Shown: positions 43,398 to 54,305 of the stretch, piece by piece
Layout: each line of letters begins with the position of its first letter
Numbering within the stretch: position 1 is the stretch's first letter
The notes under the pieces: generated by a model
Databases searched by the model: none
The model's input: the letters and a program-made list of their open reading frames with translations, nothing else
What the model was told of the DNA's origin: nothing
IMG/VR virus record: IMGVR_UViG_3300044807_000039
Span: 64,001 to 128,000 of that record
Direction: 5' to 3' (one strand)
From: a virus
Lineage: Duplodnaviria > Heunggongvirae > Uroviricota > Caudoviricetes
Length of the DNA stretch: 64,000 nucleotides
Program-made: the position numbers and the translations under genes

Positions 43398-46300
43398 TTG
43401 ATTACAATGCCAGGTGCTTTCCAGACTGCTCTACGGCGCGGATACGCGATTGAGGGTAGCTCTATTGTTGTGGCTGAATGGAATTACAACTACCTTTTCG
43501 ATACAACCGTTACAAATCCTCCAGATGATATCGGATGGATTCTCAATAAAGAATACTTCACCACTAAGTCTATTGTTTCTAGTCTTCGTCCTAAGAGCGG
43601 TATTTTTTATGGTATGACCGATGACGCACGCACAAATGGTTCTAATTTGGGTCTTGATGCTAATCGTTACTATTCTATGGATGAAGTTAATCACTATAAG
43701 TATTGGATGTGTCCAACTCCTTCTGCTGGGGATCCCCCGGACGCTGGTGCTGGAGACATTGCAAACTGGGTTTTCGCTGTAGATCGTGGAACGCTCATTG
43801 TAGATTATGGTCAGTTTCTAAACATGAATAAGGTTAGTGTCACCTTCAATCTTGGCCCAATGCCAATTGATTGGAGTATATTTGTATTTGAAGAAACCGC
43901 TAATGCTTGGATGGAAATTGTAAATCCAGCCATTAATGACATTACTGGCGTGGCTGAGATCTGGTGGGATGGTACAAATTGGGTAGAACAACAGAAACTC
44001 AATGAATTGGTTTTTAGGCGTATCTCAAAAATTAAGATTGAGGTTCGTACAATCGATAAGGCTAAGACTCGCTTCCAGGTTGTTGAGATCGCAGGCAAGC
44101 GAGAGATTGATATTACTAATCGCGTTGAGAGCTATAACATCAATTCCTCAATGGACAACCAGGACTTCATTTTCCCGGTTGGTAAAATGTCTGCTAACGA
44201 TGGTGCTATCACTCTTAATAACAACGACCTCAAAATGAATCCAGAAGATCCTACATCGGACTTTTACGGCCTGCTTATCGGTTGGTGCCAATATCGTACC
44301 TACGTAAAATACGATTTAACTCCTTGGGATGGCGCATCAGATTATACTGTTCGCACCGCAACTATGTGGTCAAATGATACTCAACAAATTAACGAATATC
44401 AATATTCAGTTGAGTTGTTTGATATCTTTAAGATCTTACAGATGATTGATTGTCCTGCCTTTTTGGTAGAAGATCAATCCTTAGCTAGAGTAATTGCAAC
44501 CATTCTTGATATGGTGGGATGTGATACCTATAGTTTTGAATTTGCTGACTGGGATATCACTCATACTGTTAAGTATTTCTGGACTGACGGCAAGGAGAAG
44601 GTATTTGACGTGCTTGCCAAATTGGTAGAGTCACATCAAGCCGCTCTTTTTGTTGATGAAGATGGACTTATTCGTCTTCTCACTCGCAATGACATTACAC
44701 CCGTAGCAGGTGAGGAGCCAGTATGGACTTTCCGGGGTGATAATGATGGTCTGGACATTCCAGATATTTCCAAGCTAAGTAAGAAGTACAGTCTACAAAT
44801 CAATAAGCTTAATATTAAATATACTAAACGCCAAGCAAAGGTTGATGATCTAGACATCACCCAGCAGCCGCTTACAAGTACTGTTTGGGAGTCATCTGAC
44901 CCTATTGTTGTTCGTGCTGCCCCATTGATGCGTAATCTAGGACCTGTCATGACTCCTGGAGCACCCGACCCCGCTGACGTCTGGATTCCATCCAACCAAG
45001 CAGAAACCTGGCCTTATAAAGGAAAGGTTAATATCAATGGTGAGCTTATTGAATATAACGGAAAAGGTTATGCGTATTATAATCACAGCACTGGTACCCC
45101 AGTGTACGCCGAAGTACCAGTGTTTACTGATGAAGATCGAAAGGCATTTGATCAGGCTACCTATAATAGCTACACCCAAAGCGGTGTAATCGGTGGCGTA
45201 AGTACTAATCCAACCAAGCAGAATGGGTATACTGGTAGATTAATTATTTCTAAGCGTGATGCGGATGGGACTGGAGAAGCACAATCCCATTTTATTACAC
45301 AGAGCGGCGGCTGGCAGACAAACGACTTCTGGTTGCAAAAAGCCGGAATGCCCTGGACTTATCCAAACCATTGGGTTACTCCTGGAGGAAATGTCAACAT
45401 TCCAGAGCACCAAAGGGATTGGGTTAATAAGCTTGATTGGACCGAAACTCAGGCAAGAACAACTATCGCAAATAGTATTGCTACTATTAATAATACTGGT
45501 CCTAGTGGAGTTGCCGATAGGGATTCCCATGCAACGATCATGATTAAAGATCAGCCGGATACCGAGTACCGTGAGATTGGCGCTAGATTACGCTTGCGCG
45601 GCGGAACCATGGGAAGGGCTATTATTCCTTTCTACATGACCAACGTTGATGGATATAAGAATGAGGTAGCTCCTTTGGCTTGGGCATTTAATATGACCAG
45701 ATGCTACGTTCTCAATATAAATGCGACTGAATACTCCGATAACGTTAATAGAGGACGTCAGGAAATTTCGATTGATTATAAGAACCGAGATTCCATTGTT
45801 CAGGTACCAACAGCGGGACAGGGAGGGAATGGTGGAAATATCAAGATTGACTTTGATAAATGGTATGATATTGAAATCATCTTTAGGGACGGTTCTGGAG
45901 AGATTCTAGAAGGTGGTGGTACCTTTGGTCCACGTTCAGCTATTGAAGTATTTGTTGATGGTGCTTATATGGATACTTGGTATCCAGAAGGTGACGCAAA
46001 CATTCGCCCGACCTCTCTGATTGGTTTTGGAGCAAGAGACAAGTCTATTGTCGATTTTGAATATATGTATGGAACTACTACTACCCCAAAGGGTCGCATT
46101 AGATATACTGACGACGACGAATATGATGCCTTCACTTTGACTCTGCCTCCAGGCACGAATGTTACTCAAACTATTCCATGGCCCGTGGGCCACGACTGGA
46201 TGGGTGATGGTGCATTCGGTTTTTCAACTTGGGGTACAGCCGCCACCATTCATCAGCTAGAAATGCAGGTATTCACCCAGACGCGCAGTTTGAATGTTGC

Positions 46301-47204
46301 TGGAGCAGCCGGTCTAGTGGTCAAGCCAGATCAAAGACTGCAATATATGGTATTAGATACATTACCGGACGTTGGTCTAGTTAAGTTTAGATATACAGCG
46401 GTCAATCCACTATCAGTAATATATGAATACTCAAGAAGTTCTGCCTTCCCGTACGGTATTGATAACGAGCCGACACCTCCACCAATGACCTATTATGATA
46501 TTTTGAAGGGCGGATATGTATCTACTAAGGTAGATGAGGTATTCTTTACTCCACAGAAATATTCCGGAAGCGATTATCTTTCAAGTAGTGTGACTACTCC
46601 AGTTTTCATGGGGTATTTCTTTGATGACTTTGGCTCAATTGTTCATGAGGTGCGAGATATAAGCGTAGATTATGATGCAGCTCCAGCAAAGGGCGTATCC
46701 ATCTATTCGTCTAATCCGAGAGTTAAAATCATTGGACATAAGTATAATCCAATGCGCGGAGATTTTACATTGGTTAACACCTCGCACCGCGATGAAATTG
46801 TCAGCGGAACGGAACAGATTGATGAATCTAACAGCATCGATCAAGCTCTTATGCTTTATGGATATGTCTTGGAGGATAAGGGAGAAGAAATTGAGACTGT
46901 GACAAATCCGCTTAGTGTTCTTCGCCATGGATTCGTTGCACAAGATCTAGATGCAACTTGGATCTTTACCAAGGAAGAGGCAAAGTCTCTTGGAGAATGG
47001 GTTACCTCTCATTGGGGAGAAGCAATGGATACCCTTACCATGGAGACGTTTTGTAGCACCTTTATTCAAATAGGTGATAAGGTCAGCATCTACTATCCCA
47101 ATGCTCATATTAATGCGGAATGGACCTTTGTGGTTACTGATAAGCAATTAGATATGGGTAGTCAAGGACTGTCGACCACTATAACTGTACGTAGAGTTAG
47201 GTAG
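43398..47204 (+). CDS. large minor tail/baseplate hub protein
   Basis: 1268 aa; TTG start; FVDEDG and C-terminal IQIGDKV.I.Y motifs. Confidence 0.8.
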   Translation: MITMPGAFQTALRRGYAIEGSSIVVAEWNYNYLFDTTVTNPPDDIGWILNKEYFTTKSIVSSLRPKSGIFYGMTDDARTNGSNLGLDANRYYSMDEVNHYKYWMCPTPSAGDPPDAGAGDIANWVFAVDRGTLIVDYGQFLNMNKVSVTFNLGPMPIDWSIFVFEETANAWMEIVNPAINDITGVAEIWWDGTNWVEQQKLNELVFRRISKIKIEVRTIDKAKTRFQVVEIAGKREIDITNRVESYNINSSMDNQDFIFPVGKMSANDGAITLNNNDLKMNPEDPTSDFYGLLIGWCQYRTYVKYDLTPWDGASDYTVRTATMWSNDTQQINEYQYSVELFDIFKILQMIDCPAFLVEDQSLARVIATILDMVGCDTYSFEFADWDITHTVKYFWTDGKEKVFDVLAKLVESHQAALFVDEDGLIRLLTRNDITPVAGEEPVWTFRGDNDGLDIPDISKLSKKYSLQINKLNIKYTKRQAKVDDLDITQQPLTSTVWESSDPIVVRAAPLMRNLGPVMTPGAPDPADVWIPSNQAETWPYKGKVNINGELIEYNGKGYAYYNHSTGTPVYAEVPVFTDEDRKAFDQATYNSYTQSGVIGGVSTNPTKQNGYTGRLIISKRDADGTGEAQSHFITQSGGWQTNDFWLQKAGMPWTYPNHWVTPGGNVNIPEHQRDWVNKLDWTETQARTTIANSIATINNTGPSGVADRDSHATIMIKDQPDTEYREIGARLRLRGGTMGRAIIPFYMTNVDGYKNEVAPLAWAFNMTRCYVLNINATEYSDNVNRGRQEISIDYKNRDSIVQVPTAGQGGNGGNIKIDFDKWYDIEIIFRDGSGEILEGGGTFGPRSAIEVFVDGAYMDTWYPEGDANIRPTSLIGFGARDKSIVDFEYMYGTTTTPKGRIRYTDDDEYDAFTLTLPPGTNVTQTIPWPVGHDWMGDGAFGFSTWGTAATIHQLEMQVFTQTRSLNVAGAAGLVVKPDQRLQYMVLDTLPDVGLVKFRYTAVNPLSVIYEYSRSSAFPYGIDNEPTPPPMTYYDILKGGYVSTKVDEVFFTPQKYSGSDYLSSSVTTPVFMGYFFDDFGSIVHEVRDISVDYDAAPAKGVSIYSSNPRVKIIGHKYNPMRGDFTLVNTSHRDEIVSGTEQIDESNSIDQALMLYGYVLEDKGEEIETVTNPLSVLRHGFVAQDLDATWIFTKEEAKSLGEWVTSHWGEAMDTLTMETFCSTFIQIGDKVSIYYPNAHINAEWTFVVTDKQLDMGSQGLSTTITVRRVR

Positions 47205-47205
47205 C

Positions 47206-47234
47206 TAGACATGCGGTAGTCGTTTTGCTATAAT
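47206..47234 (+). promoter_or_regulatory. promoter
   Basis: TAGACA-N17-TATAAT with TG. Confidence 0.6.
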
Positions 47235-47241
47235 CAAACTA

Positions 47242-47628
47242 ATGAGTCAGATACGTGAAAGTCAAATTATTCCCTCACGTGAGTTGGAGCAGAATCCATA
47301 TGTTTCTCCACCACGTGATCTAGCACTAAACACTGTGCAGAGTAATGGCCAAACGCCATCCAAAGCAAATACCAGTGTGCCGATTGATACTACTCCGCGT
47401 GGAGAAGATATCAGTCAGGTCGTTAATCCCGGTGGAATCGACTATGGTATTGGACATAATGATGCGGTTCAACCTCCTTCTACTCCACATATTATTAGTG
47501 TAAAGCAACAAATTGTTAATATGCATGATGATGGAACGGTAACCATTGATCTCATTTTGGTTCTTGAGGATATCGTGGGCTGTACCGAATATGACATAAG
47601 GGTGGGCAAGGATGCAGGGAACCTATAA
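47242..47628 (+). CDS. minor tail protein
   Basis: 128 aa, synteny. Confidence 0.65.
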   Translation: MSQIRESQIIPSRELEQNPYVSPPRDLALNTVQSNGQTPSKANTSVPIDTTPRGEDISQVVNPGGIDYGIGHNDAVQPPSTPHIISVKQQIVNMHDDGTVTIDLILVLEDIVGCTEYDIRVGKDAGNL

Positions 47629-48493
47629 AATTAGCAGCAAGCACGGTGTGTTTGTGGCTAAAAACATAATTACGGATGCTGGTAGAGCCAGCATCCTTAA
47701 TGCTATTTCTGGTAAATCTACTGGATTCGCTTCATCCCTGGTTGCGGGAATAGGTACTACAGCTGCCACAACAGCTGATGTTGAGCTTCAATACGCAGTT
47801 GGTGGAAATGATATAAACGCCATTATAACCGATCTTGTAAACGAAAAGATTTATTACAAAGCCACCCTTCCAGCTAATGATAACTATAGTATTTATGAAT
47901 TGGGCTGCTTCTCAACCAATTTTACTGCCGCACAAAATTCAAATGGCGCGGGAAATATTGCATTGGTAGCTTTCGGTAGTAGTACCGGATGGCTCGATAT
48001 TGTTGGCACATCGGCAATCAGCTCGGTAAATAACAGGGTTGGAGTCGACTCTATTCAGTATACAAGCTTCAGCTCGGCAAAAGGCTATATGCTCTTTAAT
48101 TATGATTTGTCTTCATTGGCTTTAAATGCTACCTTTGATTTGGCATACTACACTAACGCGGTAACTGATCTCATTGTGCGATTCAAGTTTGATGACGATA
48201 ATTACTTCGAAGCTAACACTTGGTCCGTATCTAATGGATATAATATCTCTAAGATACCCGTAAGTGCATTTACTGCAACTGGTGTACCTAGCTGGAATGA
48301 TTTGCGTATTCTAGAAATAGAGGCAACTGGTACAGCTGCGACTCTGTCATTGGATTCTTTGCGCTACACGATTCCAGTTGTTTCTGAGGCAATTGACTCT
48401 AGCTTACTATCTAGAGTTGTTTTGACAACCCCACAACAAAAATTAGCTGGGGTCTCAATGGACGTTGAATACATGTTGGAGCTAAATATATAA
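47612..48493 (+). CDS. minor tail protein
   Basis: 293 aa; KNIITDAGR..I and IYELG motifs. Confidence 0.7.
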   Translation: MQGTYKISSKHGVFVAKNIITDAGRASILNAISGKSTGFASSLVAGIGTTAATTADVELQYAVGGNDINAIITDLVNEKIYYKATLPANDNYSIYELGCFSTNFTAAQNSNGAGNIALVAFGSSTGWLDIVGTSAISSVNNRVGVDSIQYTSFSSAKGYMLFNYDLSSLALNATFDLAYYTNAVTDLIVRFKFDDDNYFEANTWSVSNGYNISKIPVSAFTATGVPSWNDLRILEIEATGTAATLSLDSLRYTIPVVSEAIDSSLLSRVVLTTPQQKLAGVSMDVEYMLELNI

Positions 48494-51400
48494 TGGAGAT
48501 TTTGGTAAAAGATCTACTTCCGGGAACGAAGTATATCCTTCAGGCAAGAGCTAAGGCACCAAGCGGAATAACCTCTCCTTGGTCTAATACGTTTAGAGTT
48601 CTTACCGAAAGCGATACAGTTGCGCCGATGCCGGTTACTGATTTAACTTGGGTTGTCAGCACCAGTAGCTTTACTGGAACTTGGACAAAGCCAACATTAG
48701 ATTCAAATGGTAAGTCTCTTAAGGACTTCAACGGCTATGAGCTTACTCTTACATCAGGTGCAGTTTCAAAGAAATTCATTTGTATGCAGGAGCGCTTTAC
48801 GCTGACCTTTGAGGAAAACGTAGCAACCTTTGGTACTCCAGGTCCAATAATTAATATCGTAGTTAAGTCTAGAGATATCGTTGGGAATCTTTCAACTCCG
48901 GTTACGGCAACCGCCACTAATCCAATTCCAGCCAACCTTACAAACTTAACAGCGACAGGAATTCCATTGGCAATATCTTTGTCTTGGGATGCTACCGTAG
49001 AAGACGACTTTAAGTGCTACGAAGTGCATACTTCCACTTCCCCCATATTCACTCCGGTTGCAGGAAACCTAGTGACTAGAACCACTTCAAATTCATTTGT
49101 ATTTCCAGCTACCGATATCATCGCACACTACTTCAAGGTTAGACAAGTTGATGTATTTAATCAACCATGTCCTAGTTACCTTCTTGCAAGTGCGACAGCT
49201 CTTAACACAACCGAATTGAATACAACTCCTCCGAACGCGCCCACTGCTGTTACAGTGGCAACCGTCCCGGATGCCAATGGCTCTTCCTCTACTATTAATG
49301 TTTCTTGGACTGCTTCCGCATCAACGAATCTGGCTGGCTATGTAGTTAGATTTAGTCCCGACGAAGTAAGCTGGCAATATATTAACGTTCCGAGCAATAA
49401 AACGAATGTTAAAATTACTGGCCTTCCTCCTGCAACTAACTATTACGTTGCTGTAGCTTCAATTAGTTTTATGAGTAGCTATAGTTTATTCGTAAATGCT
49501 AGCGTGGGTGGATATCCAATTGCTACAGCTGTTGACACTGTAGCTCCATCTACTCCTGCTATTCCCACTGTTTCGTTTAATACACAGATGGTTCAGGTCT
49601 CTCATAGCTTGGCTAAGTCCGGCGGCGGAAATCTAGAGGCTGATGTTAGGTATTTGGAGGTCCATAGCTCAATAACCACTGGATTTACTGCATCATCCTC
49701 GACTTTGATAGGTACATTGGATTGCCCTGCTCAGGGTGTTACTGTGGTTGGAAACTTCCCCGCACCCGTAACAGATAGCATCAGTAATATGTATTGGCGT
49801 GTAATTGCTGTAGACTATGCTGGAAATAAGTCTGCACAATCATTTCAAGCAACTGGATTGCCTGGACTTATTTCAGGCACCAATATTGCTAATGCTACGA
49901 TTACTGATGCTAAAATTGGTAGCCTGTCGGCAACAAAATTAGTTGCTGGTACTGCCTTCATTAACGATCTTAGCGTTAGATCTGCTTTAACCTTGGACGC
50001 TGCGACTGGTTATATCAAGTCTACAAACTTTGATATTCCAACTCAAACTGGTTGGCGTTTGGACCAGAATGGTTTGGTGATTTATAGCGGTTCAATTATG
50101 GCCAAATCGCTTATGCTACAGAATGGTCCAAACATTGCACCAGCTGTATTTGCTGACTTCGAATTTAATACCGATTACTACCACGATGTTGCAAACGCAC
50201 CAAATTCATTGCAGCTTACTGCCACAAGCGGTTTGCTAATGGCCACCCAGTTCACTGGACAAAAGGTGGGCAAGCAGGCAATGCGTGTTTACAACACTTC
50301 AATTACCGGCGCCACCATCCATCAATTGCATTTTGCGACGGGAGGCCAAACAGCTACCGGAGTAAATGTTGATGTTAATCCTGGTGATTATATCTATTCA
50401 CTATGGGCTAAAAAGAATGGAGCAGTTGATCAGAATATCAAGCTTGCCCTTTACACTGATACAGGAGTTGCGATAGCATCTTCCAATATTCTTATTACTA
50501 GTACTACTATGACCCAATATAGTGCGGTACTCACTGTACCTTCTGGTGTGGTAAAGGCAAAAATGTATATGGAGCTGACTGCGGTGACAACTGGCTATGA
50601 TATAGTAATAGATGCACTACAGCTAGAACCAAAACTTACTGCACAGACTCTTCCATCTGCGTGGAAGCCTCCTTCTACCACAGTAATCGATGGTGGATCG
50701 ATCATTACCGGCTCTATTAGATCAAGCGCGGCTAGTGCTACAGTTCCGGGGCAACCAGCTTGGTCAATTAATACTGCTGGCAATATGCAGATCGGTGATG
50801 CGCTTATTCGTGGAAAGCTTATTGTGGGTGCGGTCAATGAGACTGTAAATATTGTTGCGCCTACATACAGTTCATTTGAGGATGCAGCAGCGACTTATTA
50901 CAATGTGAGTACAAACGTACCAGCAGCAGCTAAATTTAATGTGCCGATTGGTGCTACTCAGTTTAAGATCATTCAACAGACCACTGGAAGCCCTCCACAG
51001 GGTGCAAATGCTTTGCGTATGTTCGGAACTGGATTCACAGCGGCTTCTACACCTGCAATAATCTTTTCTGCGGGAGCCACTCCAAATATTACTGTAGTTC
51101 CTGGTCAGACTTATATCCTATCTGCGTGGGTGAAGACTAACGACATCACCAAAAACCAGACCTTTACTATGGGATTTTGGACGGCTTCGCAGGGATATGT
51201 ACACGCAATTCCCTTGGGTTATGTTCCTACTGCAACTTGGACGAGAGTATACGGAACAGTGGTTTCAACCCAGGACAAGGTAGCATTGTTTACCTCAATA
51301 GTATTAGGTCCTTCCGAAACCGTCATGGACGTATCTATTGATGGTGTTCAGTTTGAGGCTCCACCAGTAGGTGTAACCACTCCATCAGCCTGGCAGCTTG

Positions 51401-52383
51401 GTCTGTCCGGCGGTAGTGCAGTGCAATCAACCAACTACGTAGCGGGTTCAAAGGGTTGGGTAATTAACTCAGATGGTACCGTAGAATTTAATGCGGCTAC
51501 AATTCGAGGTAACTTGGTTGTTACCGGTACAGCTGGTAACATTAGAACCAACCTAAATGGATTTTATCCAACCTTGTTTTTTAATAGTACGGACGGAAGT
51601 TATTCTTATATCAATGCCGCTGCTGGTTCTCCATCGACCAAAGCTCAAATTGGAATAAATAGTGCTTCTTATGTCAATGGCGCCTCCCATACCATTAGAC
51701 CAAGAATGTGGATGCCAGATCAAATTGGTATTGAACTAGTAGATGAAACAGCTGGAATCTTAATTGGCGGCGGAGTTTCCTTAACTGATGTACAAGCAAT
51801 CCTAAGAAATAGAAATTCTTCTGGAGTCGAAGACGCATCATATGTGGCATATTCTGGACAAACCTTTATTGAGGCATCCAGTAATTACATTGACGCAAAA
51901 ACAGGGATAACTAATATTGAGGCTTGGGATGCAGGTCAGACTACTAGTCGTGGGTATTTCCGTGTAAAGCAGGACGGCTTATCTTTCCACGGGGCAGCCA
52001 CACCGTCTACACTCAATTGGAATGAATACTGGTTCGCAACTGGCTACTTTAGATCTGGATCATATCCAGATTGGATCAATATTCCGTTTGGTAATGGATG
52101 GAATAGTACTTCAATTCCTACTCTACAGTGTAGGCTAGACGCAAATGGTCGTGTTTGGTTCCGAGGACAAGCAAAGGGTGGTACGATTGGTGCAGGTCCA
52201 TTTGTTATCGGTACAGTTCCGGTTAACTTCCGACCAGCACAAACAGCAAACTTTTGTTGCGCTTCGGATTCATCACCAGACAATAGGTTCCAGGTGAATG
52301 TTACTGGAGATATTTACGCCTGGAATATTCAATTTGGAAACAGTCCCATTTATTTTGATAACGCCAGCTACAGCATGAATTAA
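48493..52383 (+). CDS. tail fiber/receptor-binding protein (FnIII repeats, two CBM-like domains)
   Basis: 1296 aa; DTVAP..(P/V) FnIII linkers, ITDAKIGSLSATKL, DALQLE / IDGVQFE, C-terminal P.NFRP domain. Confidence 0.85.
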   Translation: MEILVKDLLPGTKYILQARAKAPSGITSPWSNTFRVLTESDTVAPMPVTDLTWVVSTSSFTGTWTKPTLDSNGKSLKDFNGYELTLTSGAVSKKFICMQERFTLTFEENVATFGTPGPIINIVVKSRDIVGNLSTPVTATATNPIPANLTNLTATGIPLAISLSWDATVEDDFKCYEVHTSTSPIFTPVAGNLVTRTTSNSFVFPATDIIAHYFKVRQVDVFNQPCPSYLLASATALNTTELNTTPPNAPTAVTVATVPDANGSSSTINVSWTASASTNLAGYVVRFSPDEVSWQYINVPSNKTNVKITGLPPATNYYVAVASISFMSSYSLFVNASVGGYPIATAVDTVAPSTPAIPTVSFNTQMVQVSHSLAKSGGGNLEADVRYLEVHSSITTGFTASSSTLIGTLDCPAQGVTVVGNFPAPVTDSISNMYWRVIAVDYAGNKSAQSFQATGLPGLISGTNIANATITDAKIGSLSATKLVAGTAFINDLSVRSALTLDAATGYIKSTNFDIPTQTGWRLDQNGLVIYSGSIMAKSLMLQNGPNIAPAVFADFEFNTDYYHDVANAPNSLQLTATSGLLMATQFTGQKVGKQAMRVYNTSITGATIHQLHFATGGQTATGVNVDVNPGDYIYSLWAKKNGAVDQNIKLALYTDTGVAIASSNILITSTTMTQYSAVLTVPSGVVKAKMYMELTAVTTGYDIVIDALQLEPKLTAQTLPSAWKPPSTTVIDGGSIITGSIRSSAASATVPGQPAWSINTAGNMQIGDALIRGKLIVGAVNETVNIVAPTYSSFEDAAATYYNVSTNVPAAAKFNVPIGATQFKIIQQTTGSPPQGANALRMFGTGFTAASTPAIIFSAGATPNITVVPGQTYILSAWVKTNDITKNQTFTMGFWTASQGYVHAIPLGYVPTATWTRVYGTVVSTQDKVALFTSIVLGPSETVMDVSIDGVQFEAPPVGVTTPSAWQLGLSGGSAVQSTNYVAGSKGWVINSDGTVEFNAATIRGNLVVTGTAGNIRTNLNGFYPTLFFNSTDGSYSYINAAAGSPSTKAQIGINSASYVNGASHTIRPRMWMPDQIGIELVDETAGILIGGGVSLTDVQAILRNRNSSGVEDASYVAYSGQTFIEASSNYIDAKTGITNIEAWDAGQTTSRGYFRVKQDGLSFHGAATPSTLNWNEYWFATGYFRSGSYPDWINIPFGNGWNSTSIPTLQCRLDANGRVWFRGQAKGGTIGAGPFVIGTVPVNFRPAQTANFCCASDSSPDNRFQVNVTGDIYAWNIQFGNSPIYFDNASYSMN

Positions 52384-52392
52384 TAAAGGAGA

Positions 52393-52602
52393 ATGAAAAT
52401 GGAAGAAAACGAGTGGAAAGACATCGTGGATGATCTGACCGAGCAGAATACTAGACTTAGTATCGAGCGAGCAGTTGCCCGCGCAGACGTTAAAAAGCAT
52501 CTACGCGCACTAGGTGAATCTAATTCACAAATCAAGGACCTGACCGAGGAACTGGAAAGAATAAACTCGGCAGATGTACAGGTTATTACCACCAAGGAAT
52601 AA
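52393..52602 (+). CDS. coiled-coil protein (tail fiber chaperone-like)
   Basis: 69 aa after the fiber gene. Confidence 0.65.
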   Translation: MKMEENEWKDIVDDLTEQNTRLSIERAVARADVKKHLRALGESNSQIKDLTEELERINSADVQVITTKE

Positions 52603-52603
52603 A

Positions 52604-53053
52604 ATGAGCTGGCTAAAACGTTATACTCCTCCTAAGCCTACAGCAGAGTTTGTGCCGTGGAAACAACAATTGAAATACCCCATGTGGACCTTTGCTAGGC
52701 TAGCAGGAAGTCATAAATATTTCTTGCTTCTTGAGAAGACAAAAATGGAGTTCATCAGCGAACGAGCCTTCTGGTCATGGGGGAAATCCTATGTGCTAGT
52801 ATCAGAAGAATCAATCTCTAATTATAAACCATGGAAAAAGATTGGCTTTTCGGTAGGTACTATGCTAGAGTCGCAGGCAGATGGTACCCAATGGTATATT
52901 ACAGGGAGTGATCCTTTGGCAGCAGAGCGTAGACTAATTGCAAATCCTGATCTGTTCGACGTGCTAGGATTTGATCGCGATGAGCTATACGTGGTATCAT
53001 TACCAGAGGTAGATTTTCATAAAAAGGGAGAAGACTTAATTGGAGTCGAGTAA
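52604..53053 (+). CDS. hypothetical protein
   Basis: Start MSWLK at 52604; G..ESxADGT.W.I motif. Confidence 0.75.
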   Translation: MSWLKRYTPPKPTAEFVPWKQQLKYPMWTFARLAGSHKYFLLLEKTKMEFISERAFWSWGKSYVLVSEESISNYKPWKKIGFSVGTMLESQADGTQWYITGSDPLAAERRLIANPDLFDVLGFDRDELYVVSLPEVDFHKKGEDLIGVE

Positions 53054-53055
53054 TA

Positions 53056-53499
53056 ATGAGTAGTGTATACAAGCGTCTAAGCTGGGGTCCAGGTGAATCC
53101 ATCACCACTGCAAAGCTTAATGATATGATTGGCAATGCCGACTGGCTCTTTCAGAACAGTATCTCAGGATACTACGATGCGCTTGGAATCACCCGTGATT
53201 CAGGTCTATCGATGCGCGTTGGCTATATTAAGTCAATTAAAACCGAGGACACGGGTGTATTCATTGGCTCCTATTACTCTCGACCTTTTATTCCGGGTGC
53301 CAGGCCAGTTGTAGTGACTGGAACAGCCAGTGATAGCTTCATTGGATTGTTTCACGGAGTTAAAGGTTTTGATGGGCGCTCCGTGCCTGATCACCGTGGG
53401 TTTAATTTGAATATAGCTCAGAACCGCGACCCGGGCGGCCCTTCAAAATTTACTGGAACCCAATACATTTCTTACATGGCGATTGCCCCAACCGGCTAA
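53056..53499 (+). CDS. minor structural protein (putative)
   Basis: 147 aa; W.PGE.IT..KLN.M..N..WL motif. Confidence 0.65.
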   Translation: MSSVYKRLSWGPGESITTAKLNDMIGNADWLFQNSISGYYDALGITRDSGLSMRVGYIKSIKTEDTGVFIGSYYSRPFIPGARPVVVTGTASDSFIGLFHGVKGFDGRSVPDHRGFNLNIAQNRDPGGPSKFTGTQYISYMAIAPTG

Positions 53500-53502
53500 A
53501 AC

Positions 53503-53532
53503 TTGCACTGATCAACATTGGTGTGCTAGAGT
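53503..53532 (+). promoter_or_regulatory. promoter
   Basis: TTGCAC-N18-TAGAGT with TGTG. Confidence 0.5.
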
Positions 53533-53555
53533 CGCTAACGACAGAAGAGGACACA

Positions 53556-54305
53556 ATGACAGAACATTTAAAATGGCTGGTTGCTTCCGATTTACATTTC
53601 CCTAAGCATGATCCGCGAACGGTGGAATTGCTTTTGAAGGTGATAAAGAAATGGCAACCAGATGCAATTGATTTAGCCGGGGATATCGATGATGCCGAGT
53701 GCAGTAGCCGATGGGTAGAAGGTACACCCGCTGAAACCTATAGTGTACAGTCTGGAGCTAAGCCAGTCAAGGATTTTCTTAAAACCTTAAGGGACTTATG
53801 TCCCAATTCGGACATGCATTATCATTGTGGTAATCATGACTATTATAGACATAAGAAATACATGGAAAAGAATGCTCCCGGTATGGCTGAATTTATTACT
53901 CCAGATACTCTTTACGGAGTCAAGGATAGTGGATTCGCTTGGCACGAATATGAAAAGCCACCAGTAGAACGTTTGGGTGGTATTTACGTTCATCATGGAG
54001 AGGCAATTAGCAAGCACTCCGCACAGTCAGTTATGAACGACGTACAAAATTACATGGTCCCGCTCATTCGAGGTCACTCACACCGAGCAGGGGCTTATTT
54101 TGTAACCTATCCATTAGCTGGAATTGATATTGAATCTTATGAAATCGGACATATGACGATGCCTGAATTGCATACTTATCAAACTACACACAACTGGCAG
54201 CAAGCATTTTTGACTGCACACGTTGTTGATGGTGTTGCTCATTGTTCGCTTAATATTATTAAGGATCATACTGTTTTTGTTGATGGAGAATTTTTCCAAG
54301 CATGA
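53556..54305 (+). CDS. calcineurin-like metallophosphoesterase
   Basis: SDLH, GD..D, GNHD, HHGE and GHSH motifs; start MTEH at 53556. Confidence 0.9.
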   Translation: MTEHLKWLVASDLHFPKHDPRTVELLLKVIKKWQPDAIDLAGDIDDAECSSRWVEGTPAETYSVQSGAKPVKDFLKTLRDLCPNSDMHYHCGNHDYYRHKKYMEKNAPGMAEFITPDTLYGVKDSGFAWHEYEKPPVERLGGIYVHHGEAISKHSAQSVMNDVQNYMVPLIRGHSHRAGAYFVTYPLAGIDIESYEIGHMTMPELHTYQTTHNWQQAFLTAHVVDGVAHCSLNIIKDHTVFVDGEFFQA